Shown one piece after another: positions 57,330-64,000 of a stretch of DNA of 64,000 bases; the stretch's first letter is position 1; each line of letters opens with the position of its first letter. The position numbers and the translations under genes are program-made. The stretch comes from Phycisphaeraceae bacterium (GTDB taxonomy: Bacteria > Planctomycetota > Phycisphaerae > Phycisphaerales > Phycisphaeraceae), in the NCBI GenBank assembly GCA_965214155.1, contig CBDCBB010000004.1, forward strand, positions 84,248 through 148,247, written 5' to 3'. The notes below the pieces were generated by a model. It was not told the DNA's origin. It ran no database searches and saw only the letters and a program-made list of their open reading frames with translations.

Positions 57330-57802
57330 GGCTGGTACACCTCCCGCATGAGCCGCTCACGCAGCGCGTCGATCTCGGCGACCGCGGCGCCGCGGTCCGC
57401 GGCGTACATGCAGTGGATGTAGAGCGTGTCGCCCGACTCGCTCACGTCGGCGGAGAGGGTGCCGGGCGTGAGGGTGATGGCGTTGGCCAGCGCGGTGAGC
57501 TGGCCGGGGGTGAGCCCCGCCACGTCGTAGCGGATGATCCGGGGGGTCATGGTGAACCCGGGCGTGACGATCTCCCACGCGACCTGGAGGTTCGCCTTGA
57601 CGAGGATGTAGTGGAAGTAGCCGGTGAAGCGGATGAGGGCCCACAGCCGGGCGAAGTAGCCCCCGCCGGTGGCGCGGGCGAGCAGGCCGGTGATGAGCCC
57701 GCCGATGACGAGGCCGGCGATGGCGTCGAGGAGGGTGACGCTGCCCTGCATCGCGACGTAGAGCGCGGCGAGGAAGAGGTTGAGGAGGAAGTAGCCGGTC
57801 AT
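57326..57802 (-). CDS. mrpE: Mrp/Mnh antiporter subunit E
   Basis: KANLQVA, LANAITLTPGTLS, LYIHCM. Confidence 0.94.
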   Translation of the reverse strand: MTGYFLLNLFLAALYVAMQGSVTLLDAIAGLVIGGLITGLLARATGGGYFARLWALIRFTGYFHYILVKANLQVAWEIVTPGFTMTPRIIRYDVAGLTPGQLTALANAITLTPGTLSADVSESGDTLYIHCMYAADRGAAVAEIDALRERLMREVYQP

Positions 57803-59454
57803 GGGAGGTTCCCCGTAGCTGCGGAGGTCAATCCGGCGGCTGGGTGCACCCCGGACTCAGCCGGCGGATTGCTATCCGCGGCTACGGGAGACTCCGCTAC
57901 TACGAACGCCGGGTTCTGCAACACCGCTTCGATATACCGCGTCGGGTCCGCGAGGTCCGCGCCGGCTTGGGCGGCGAGCCGGTACGCCGGCTGCGCCACC
58001 AGCCCGAGCGACAGCGATGCGGCGACGAGCGTGCCCACCGCCAGCTTCGCGCTGCGGTCCGCGGGGCGGAGGCGGCCGTCGACGTTGCCCCGCTCCTCGC
58101 CCCAGAACAGGTGGCCCCACACCCGCAAGACCGCCAGCAGCGTGAACCCCCCGACCACCATCGCCACGATCCCTGCCGCAATAAAGCGTTCGCCGAGCGA
58201 TTCGCGGATGACGGCGAGCTTGCCGTAGAACCCGCTCGTCGGCGGCAGCCCGACCAGGCTCATGGCGATGATGAAGAACGCGACGCCCAGCCACGCGTTG
58301 CCCCGCAAGAGTCCGCCGATGCGGCCGAGGTGGTCCGTGCCCGTCTTGTGCTCGACGATCCCGCAGCACAAAAACGCGGCGCAAAGCACCGGCATCGACT
58401 GCACCATGTAGAAGACCGCCCCGCCGAGCGCCGGGCCGCTGCCCACCGCGACGCCGAGGATCGAGTAGCCCACGCCCACCACGATGAGCAGGCACAGCAC
58501 CCGCCGCAGCCCCGCGTACGCCAGCGCCCCGAGCACCCCCACCGCCATCGTCAGCGCCGCGCCCCAGAGCAGGATCGGTGTCAGGACCGACGACGCCTCG
58601 CCGGCCATGAACACCAGCGGGAACGTCCGGGCGATGGCGTACGTCCCGACCTTGGTCAGCACCCCGCCGAAGAGGCCCGCGACGGCGATCGGCACGGTCG
58701 GGTACGTGTCGGGCAGCCAGAACCACAGCGGGAACACCCCCGCCTTGAGCGCGAAGACGAACAGGAACAGCACCGCCAGCGCCGTGAAGCCGGCGGGCAG
58801 CGCGTCGACCGCCGCCATCTCGCGGCTCAGCCGCGCGAGGTCGGCGATGTTGAGCGTGCCCATCATCCCGTAGGTCATCCCCGCGGCGATGACGAAGACG
58901 GTCGACGCGAGCAAGTTCATCAGCACGTACTTGTACGCCTGGCGGAGTTGTTCGCGGCCCTTGCCGATGACGAGCAACCCGTACGACGCCATGAGCATGA
59001 CCTCGAACGCGACGAAGAGGTTGAACAGGTCGCCGGTGAGGAAGCTGAGGTTGACCCCGAGCATCATGAAGTGGATGAGCGGGTGGAAGTAGCGCCGCTC
59101 GACGTCGGCGGTGAGCGAGGCGAAGGCGTGGACGAAGCTGCACAGCGCGACGAGGGCGGCCGCGGCGACGAGCAGGCCCGACATCCCGTCGAAGACGAGC
59201 GTGATGCCGTAGGGCGCGAGCCAGCCGCCCATCTGGGTGACGAGGATGCCCCCGCCGGGAGCCGCGCCGCCCCCGGAAGTCAAGCCGTCCCCGACGTTGG
59301 CGACGACGAGGAACGTCACCGCCAGCGCGCACGTCGCGGCGAAGCCGACGACGCCGATGACGCGGCAGAGGAGGCGTCGATTAACCAGCGGGACGCAGAC
59401 GAGCCCGGTCGCCATCGGGATCACGAGCAGGAGGACGATGAGGGGGTTGTTCAT
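57799..59454 (-). CDS. mrpD: Mrp/Mnh antiporter subunit D
   Basis: GDLFNLFVAFEVMLMASY, KAGVFPLWFWLPDTY, LTKVG, GLPPTSGFYGK. Confidence 0.95.
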   Translation of the reverse strand: MNNPLIVLLLVIPMATGLVCVPLVNRRLLCRVIGVVGFAATCALAVTFLVVANVGDGLTSGGGAAPGGGILVTQMGGWLAPYGITLVFDGMSGLLVAAAALVALCSFVHAFASLTADVERRYFHPLIHFMMLGVNLSFLTGDLFNLFVAFEVMLMASYGLLVIGKGREQLRQAYKYVLMNLLASTVFVIAAGMTYGMMGTLNIADLARLSREMAAVDALPAGFTALAVLFLFVFALKAGVFPLWFWLPDTYPTVPIAVAGLFGGVLTKVGTYAIARTFPLVFMAGEASSVLTPILLWGAALTMAVGVLGALAYAGLRRVLCLLIVVGVGYSILGVAVGSGPALGGAVFYMVQSMPVLCAAFLCCGIVEHKTGTDHLGRIGGLLRGNAWLGVAFFIIAMSLVGLPPTSGFYGKLAVIRESLGERFIAAGIVAMVVGGFTLLAVLRVWGHLFWGEERGNVDGRLRPADRSAKLAVGTLVAASLSLGLVAQPAYRLAAQAGADLADPTRYIEAVLQNPAFVVAESPVAADSNPPAESGVHPAAGLTSAATGNLP

Positions 59455-59479
59455 GCCACGCTCCTCTTCGAGGAGCGTC

Positions 59480-59535
59480 TAGCCGGGACGCTACGCGTCC
59501 CCGGGGTGCACCGGGGACGCGTAGCGTCCCGGCTA
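59480..59535. repeat. Perfect REPIN-like doublet, family C, inside the mrp operon
   Basis: 25-bp arms TAGCCGGGACGCTACGCGTCCCCGG/CCGGGGACGCGTAGCGTCCCGGCTA, 6-nt loop. Confidence 0.88.
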
Positions 59536-59572
59536 TCTAGCCCTGCGTTCCCGTATATGTAAGACGCGCTGC

Positions 59573-59974
59573 TCATGCCGGCCCCTCGATCCGCTCCAGC
59601 CCCTCGGCGGGGCCGGTGAGTTCGCTCAGTTCCAGCGTGCCGGTGGCGCGGCTGGTCACCACCAGCAGCGTCAGCGTGAACCCCATCATCGCGAAGCCGA
59701 TCACGATCGCCGTGAGGATCAACGCCTGCGGCAGGGGGTCGACGAGGGTGTCGAGCGCGTCCACCCCGGCTTCGTGGGCGATCGGCGCGGCCTTGATGGT
59801 GTCGTGCTCGCGCAGCTCGCGCACCGGCGAGCCGCTCATCGCGATGATCGACAGGTTCGCCGCGTGCCCGATGAGGAACACGCCCATCGCGACGGTCTTG
59901 AGGTCGCGGCCGAGCAGCATGTACACGCTCACCGCGAAGCACACCGTCACGCAGATGGCCAGGATCAGCGTCAT
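59573..59974 (-). CDS. mrpC: Mrp/Mnh antiporter subunit C
   Basis: GHAANL, DPLPQALILTAIVIGFA. Confidence 0.94.
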   Translation of the reverse strand: MTLILAICVTVCFAVSVYMLLGRDLKTVAMGVFLIGHAANLSIIAMSGSPVRELREHDTIKAAPIAHEAGVDALDTLVDPLPQALILTAIVIGFAMMGFTLTLLVVTSRATGTLELSELTGPAEGLERIEGPA

Positions 59975-60414
59975 CGCTCCTGCCCCCCCGTCGCCTCGAG
60001 CTCCTCGGCCAGCCGCTGGATCATGCCCACTGACACGCCCACGACCACGAGCAGCACGCCGGTGTCGAAGAACACCGCCGAGGCGAAGTGGATCGACTGG
60101 CCGAAGCCCAGTTGCACGTCCCGCACGTCGGAGGTGAGCAGGGGCCGACCGAAGAGCATCGGCACCAGGGCCGTGAGCATCGCGATCGCCAGGCCGATGG
60201 ACACGAGCACGCGCGGGTGGAAGGGGATGAGCCGCATGAGGGCGGCCCGCCCCTCGGCCATGCGGTAGAGGTTGATGCCCACCGCGACCATGAGCCCGCC
60301 GATGAACCCGCCGCCCGGGGCGTTGTGCCCCTTGAGCGCGGTGTACGCCGCGAAGATCAGCGTCAGCGGCAGGATCAGTCTCACCGCTGTTTTCAGGAGG
60401 ATCGAGCTCATCAT
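59971..60414 (-). CDS. mrpB: Mrp/Mnh antiporter subunit B
   Basis: GHNAPGGGFIGGL, FFDTGVLLVVVG. Confidence 0.94.
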   Translation of the reverse strand: MMSSILLKTAVRLILPLTLIFAAYTALKGHNAPGGGFIGGLMVAVGINLYRMAEGRAALMRLIPFHPRVLVSIGLAIAMLTALVPMLFGRPLLTSDVRDVQLGFGQSIHFASAVFFDTGVLLVVVGVSVGMIQRLAEELEATGGQER

Positions 60415-63056
60415 CGGTCGAGCTCCTTGGCCCGGCCGGGCAGCATGGACCACACGCCCAGGGCGGCGAGCCCGAGCACGATGATCTCGCCGAGGGTGTC
60501 AAACCCGCGGAAGTCCACGAGGATGACGTTGACGATGTTGTCGCCCCCGCCGCCGCGCCCGCCGGTCAGCGCGCTTCCCTTGTAGGTGTGCTGAGCGAAG
60601 AAGGTGCCGAGCCGCGTGGCCGGGTTGCCCGCCGCGGCGACGAGGGTCATCCACCCGATCATGAGGCCCGCCCCGACCCCGACCGCGCCGCGCCACACCC
60701 ACCCAACGCGGACGCTGTGCCGCTCGGCCGGGAGCATCCGCAGCACGAGGACGAACAGCAGCACCGAGATGATCTCGACCATGAGCTGCGTCAGCGCGAG
60801 GTCCGGGGCCTGGTAGACCACGTACATCGCCACGACGGTGAACCCGCACGCCCCGAGGATCAGCACGCGGACCACCCGGCTCTCGAACACCGGCAGCATC
60901 AGGGCCGAGGCGCAGATGATCAGCCCCAGGAGCAGGCCCGGCCAGAACTCGAAGAAGTCTTCCGCCGACGCCGCGACGGGCGCCAACATGCCCCCGTCCG
61001 TGACCGCCGCCGCCGTGTACCCCACCCCTAGCGCGACGAGCACCGCGACGACGTAGCTCTTGAGGCTCCCGTTCTGCAGCACCCGGAACACGCCCCGGCC
61101 GAGCGACGTCGACCCCTCGTACACCGCCGGGTAGATCCGGTCGTTCACGTCGACGTGCGCCCCGCGCAGCAGCCGGCTCAACCCGAACCCGACGCCCAGC
61201 GCGATGGCGAACAACGAGGCGTACAGCGGGATGCCGAGCTTCGGCAGCCAAGGCACCTCGCCGTGGAAGCCGTCGTAGAACGCGTACTTCTCGAACGGCA
61301 AAAACACCGCGTTCCACAGCGGCGTCGCCAGCCCGCCGACGTACTGCATCGCCACCAGCGGCACCGCGGGCAGCCACAACATCGCGCCCCACAATCCGCC
61401 CTCGTGGTGGTGCTCATCATGTCCATGATGCGCGTCCGCGTCGTGGTGCTTTTCACCTTCCGCTTGCGGCTTAGCGCCGCCCCCGGACCCCATCCCGAAC
61501 CGCCAGCCCATCAGCGTCGTCAGCAGCCGCACGAAGATCGCCACGTTGCACGCCGCGGTGAGCACCGTCATCAGCAGGATGATCCACACCCACGGCCTCC
61601 CGCCGCCCCCCTCGGCCGCGTGCACACACGCATATAAGAACAACTCCTTCGACGTGAAGCTGATCGTGCCCGGCCCCGCCGCGAGGGCGTAACCCGCCAG
61701 CAGCATCGTGATGCAGATCGCCTTGTGCTCCCGGAACGCGCCGAACAACTCGGGCAGGCTACGTGAAGCGACGTGGCCGATGGCCCCCGCAGTGATGAAC
61801 AGCGGAGCCTTGTAAAAGGCGTGGTTGGCGATCTGGGTGACGTCGAAGTCGAGGGCGGCGGGGACGAAGTTCCCGTGGTGGGCGTACCAGAACCCGCCGA
61901 GGCCGTACATCGCCATGAGCAGGCCCAACTGGCTGACGGTGGTGTAGGCGAAGATGCGTTTGAGGTCGTGTTGGTTCACGGCCGTAACGGCGGCGTACAG
62001 CATCGTCACCGCGCCGAACCAGGTGACGACGCCGGCCCAGATCTCGACGCCCGTTGCGGTGCCGTAGCCCCCCGCCGCGCCCAGCCCGAAGACGGGGAAC
62101 AGCCGCCCGACGAGGAACACGCCGGCCTTAACCATGGTCGCCGAGTGCAGGTAGGCGGAGACGGGGGTGGGGGCCGCCATTGCGCCGGGGAGCCAGTAGT
62201 GCAGCGGCCACTGGGCGCTCTTGCTCGCCGCGCCGACGAACATGCACAGAAACGCGCCGATGACCGCGGGGTCGTGAAAGTCGATGCTCCCGCCCGCGGC
62301 GAGGATGTCGCTCCACCGCCAGTACCCGGTGGTGAACCCGAACCACGCGATCCCGCCGAGCAGGAACATGCCCCCGAGCCCGGTGGTGAAGAACGCCTGC
62401 ATCGCGAGGCGCACGGCCCGCCGGTCGTAGCGGTCCCACCCGATGAGCAGGAACGAGCTGATCGACGTGAGTTCCCAGAACACCAGCGTGAGCAGGGTGT
62501 AGTCGGCCAGGACCACGCCCATCATCGCCGACGCGAAGAACCCCAGCGTCGGGTAGAAGCGAGCCAGGTCCGCCTCGGCCTGTTCGTCGGCCGCCCCGAA
62601 GTAGCCCCGCGCGTACAGCACGATCAACACCCCGACGCCCGACACCAGCAGCGCGAAGAACCCGCCCAGCCCGTCGGCGAGGAACGCGATGTTCAGGTCG
62701 AGCGCGGGGACCCACGGCAGGTCGGCGGTGGCCCGCGGTCCCGGGGTGTAGGCGACGATGTTACCTCTGCTTGATGATCTTTCCTCTGCCCCGACATCCC
62801 CTTCGCTTGCGTGGTCGCGATGGTCCGAAGGATCGGCATGTGCCCCGCGTTCGTGAAGCGTCCACTCGCCACCCCCCGCCCCCCCGGAAACCCCGTACAC
62901 CCCAAGATGCCCGCCCACCAGCCCGAACGACAACGCCATCCCCGCCGCCGCGAGCAGCACCCGCGCCGTCACCGCCCGGCGGGGCAGGCCCAGCGTCGTC
63001 AGCCCCGCCGCGGCCGGGGCGAGTATCGCAATGAAGAGCATCCAGGCCGAGGGCAT
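60411..63056 (-). CDS. mrpA: Mrp/Mnh antiporter subunit A
   Basis: FWELTSISSFLLIG, KSAQWPLHYWLPGAMAAPTPVSAYLHSATMVKAG, APDLALTQ, NIVNVILVDFRGFDTLGE. Confidence 0.96.
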   Translation of the reverse strand: MPSAWMLFIAILAPAAAGLTTLGLPRRAVTARVLLAAAGMALSFGLVGGHLGVYGVSGGAGGGEWTLHERGAHADPSDHRDHASEGDVGAEERSSSRGNIVAYTPGPRATADLPWVPALDLNIAFLADGLGGFFALLVSGVGVLIVLYARGYFGAADEQAEADLARFYPTLGFFASAMMGVVLADYTLLTLVFWELTSISSFLLIGWDRYDRRAVRLAMQAFFTTGLGGMFLLGGIAWFGFTTGYWRWSDILAAGGSIDFHDPAVIGAFLCMFVGAASKSAQWPLHYWLPGAMAAPTPVSAYLHSATMVKAGVFLVGRLFPVFGLGAAGGYGTATGVEIWAGVVTWFGAVTMLYAAVTAVNQHDLKRIFAYTTVSQLGLLMAMYGLGGFWYAHHGNFVPAALDFDVTQIANHAFYKAPLFITAGAIGHVASRSLPELFGAFREHKAICITMLLAGYALAAGPGTISFTSKELFLYACVHAAEGGGGRPWVWIILLMTVLTAACNVAIFVRLLTTLMGWRFGMGSGGGAKPQAEGEKHHDADAHHGHDEHHHEGGLWGAMLWLPAVPLVAMQYVGGLATPLWNAVFLPFEKYAFYDGFHGEVPWLPKLGIPLYASLFAIALGVGFGLSRLLRGAHVDVNDRIYPAVYEGSTSLGRGVFRVLQNGSLKSYVVAVLVALGVGYTAAAVTDGGMLAPVAASAEDFFEFWPGLLLGLIICASALMLPVFESRVVRVLILGACGFTVVAMYVVYQAPDLALTQLMVEIISVLLFVLVLRMLPAERHSVRVGWVWRGAVGVGAGLMIGWMTLVAAAGNPATRLGTFFAQHTYKGSALTGGRGGGGDNIVNVILVDFRGFDTLGEIIVLGLAALGVWSMLPGRAKELDR

Positions 63057-63160
63057 GCGGCATCCTTGCCCGCGGCACGCGGGTGTCGGGATGGTATCGA
63101 CCGACAGGCGGGTGCGCCTCGAACGTTGACCGCCGTCCGACGCCGATGCGTACGGTCCCC

Positions 63161-63222
63161 TTAGCCCGGCCGCTTGCGGCCGCCGTATTCCGAAACACGG
63201 CGGCCGCAAGCGGCCGGGCTAA
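63161..63222. repeat. Perfect REPIN-like doublet, family A
   Basis: 26-bp arms TTAGCCCGGCCGCTTGCGGCCGCCGT/ACGGCGGCCGCAAGCGGCCGGGCTAA, 10-nt loop. Confidence 0.9.
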
Positions 63223-63256
63223 GCGTTCTGTTCCGCCCGCGGCGTAGACTCCCGCG

Positions 63257-63820
63257 ATGCCACGCAACCTCTGGGCCCCATGGCGGCTTGACTACCTCAA
63301 CGCGGCGTCCGATGACGAGGGCCCGGCGAGGCCGCGGCCCGGCGGGGAGGGGTGTTTCCTGTGCGACGCGGCGTCGACCGGGGACCGGGCCGCGGACGGC
63401 CCGACTATGAATGATCAGCGCGATGACGATGCTGAGAAGCTCGTGCTGCACCGCGGTGAATTCAACACGATCCTGCTCAACCGCTACCCGTACACCAACG
63501 GCCACCTCCTCGTCTCGCCGTTCGAGCACGTCGCGGACCTCGGCGACCTCACCGCCGAGGCGCGGGCGGAGCTGATGGAGTTTGCCGAGCTAGGCAACCG
63601 GCTGGTGCGGGCGGCGGTGCACTGTCAGGGGGTGAACCTGGGCATGAACCTCGGGGCCGCGGCCGGGGCGGGCGTGCCGGGGCACCTGCACCTGCACGTC
63701 GTCCCGCGGTGGCACGGCGACTCGACGTTCATGGACATCGTTGGGCAGGTCCGCCTCATCCCCGAGGCGTTGGCGGATTCCTACGAAAAACTGCGGGCGG
63801 CGCTGGCCGCGATGGCGTGA
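63257..63820 (+). CDS. HIT-family hydrolase (Ap4A hydrolase/phosphorylase-like)
   Basis: LWAPWR, CFLC, LNRYPYTNGHLLV, GAGVPGHLHLHVVPRW. Confidence 0.93.
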   Translation: MPRNLWAPWRLDYLNAASDDEGPARPRPGGEGCFLCDAASTGDRAADGPTMNDQRDDDAEKLVLHRGEFNTILLNRYPYTNGHLLVSPFEHVADLGDLTAEARAELMEFAELGNRLVRAAVHCQGVNLGMNLGAAAGAGVPGHLHLHVVPRWHGDSTFMDIVGQVRLIPEALADSYEKLRAALAAMA

Positions 63821-63832
63821 CCTGTTGACTCC

Positions 63833-63876
63833 CGCTTGCGGTTAGCGCACCGGGAACGGTGCGTTAACCGCAAGCG
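63833..63876. repeat. 20-bp hairpin (REP-like/bidirectional terminator candidate) between convergent genes
   Basis: CGCTTGCGGTTAGCGCACCG-GGAA-CGGTGCGTTAACCGCAAGCG. Confidence 0.75.
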
Positions 63877-63881
63877 ACGGC

Positions 63882-64000
63882 TTAACGGTGCAATGGGACC
63901 GCGTCTTCGACGGCGAGGGGAGTTGCCCCGGTGATGGTCAACATCCGGTTCAGCGCGATCAGCGCCAGCCGCTTCGCCTCGGGGTGCACCGTGATCTGGT
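63882..64000 (-). CDS. nadA: C-terminal end of a probable quinolinate synthase (partial)
   Basis: QITVHPEAKRLALIALNRMLTI resembles the NadA C-terminus; only about 39 codons visible. Confidence 0.55.
   Translation of the reverse strand, partial: QITVHPEAKRLALIALNRMLTITGATPLAVEDAVPLHR

Noticed and set aside
59573-63209. Long N-terminal extensions of mrpC (60502), mrpB (60453) and mrpA (63209) in the ORF track
   Set aside because: They overlap upstream genes or a REPIN; downstream ATGs give typical 4-nt operon overlaps or an SD

Overview
High-GC (roughly 70% by eye) bacterial DNA, most consistent with a planctomycete (Phycisphaerae-like). This is inferred from PEP-CTERM proteins, a DUF1559/H-X9-DG prepilin-like protein, several sulfatases and typical intergenic repeats. 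The window has three parts. (1) 1-38.5 kb is an accessory glycan-utilisation region: three sulfatases, a GH29 fucosidase, a GH78 rhamnosidase, a GHL6/GH151-like hydrolase, a DUF4838 multidomain protein, several unassigned hydrolase-like proteins, two PEP-CTERM proteins, a sodium:solute symporter, a PIG-L deacetylase with a NagB-like isomerase, two GntR-family regulators with visible promoters and candidate operators, and a FadR-led catabolic operon (MBL hydrolase, three SDRs, enolase-superfamily enzyme, NIPSNAP, signal-less solute-binding protein). (2) 38.5-39.9 kb is a decayed pseudogene not resolved by the ORF track. It reads as a QxK-type nuclease domain fused to a P-loop NTPase (Avs/STAND-like architecture). 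(3) 40-64 kb is housekeeping DNA (recA, SLT, thiL, tsaE, yacG, Fur family, ruvC, YhaM-like HD protein, agmatine deiminase family, two bactofilins, ThuA family, complete mrpABCDEFG, HIT, probable nadA end), with many REP-like palindromes and simple-repeat inverted elements between genes. At least 11 genes have a TAnnnT -10 box 5-8 nt before ATG, which suggests widespread leaderless transcription. No rRNA, tRNA, CRISPR array or intact transposase was seen. All family assignments come from motif recognition by eye; no database search was run.
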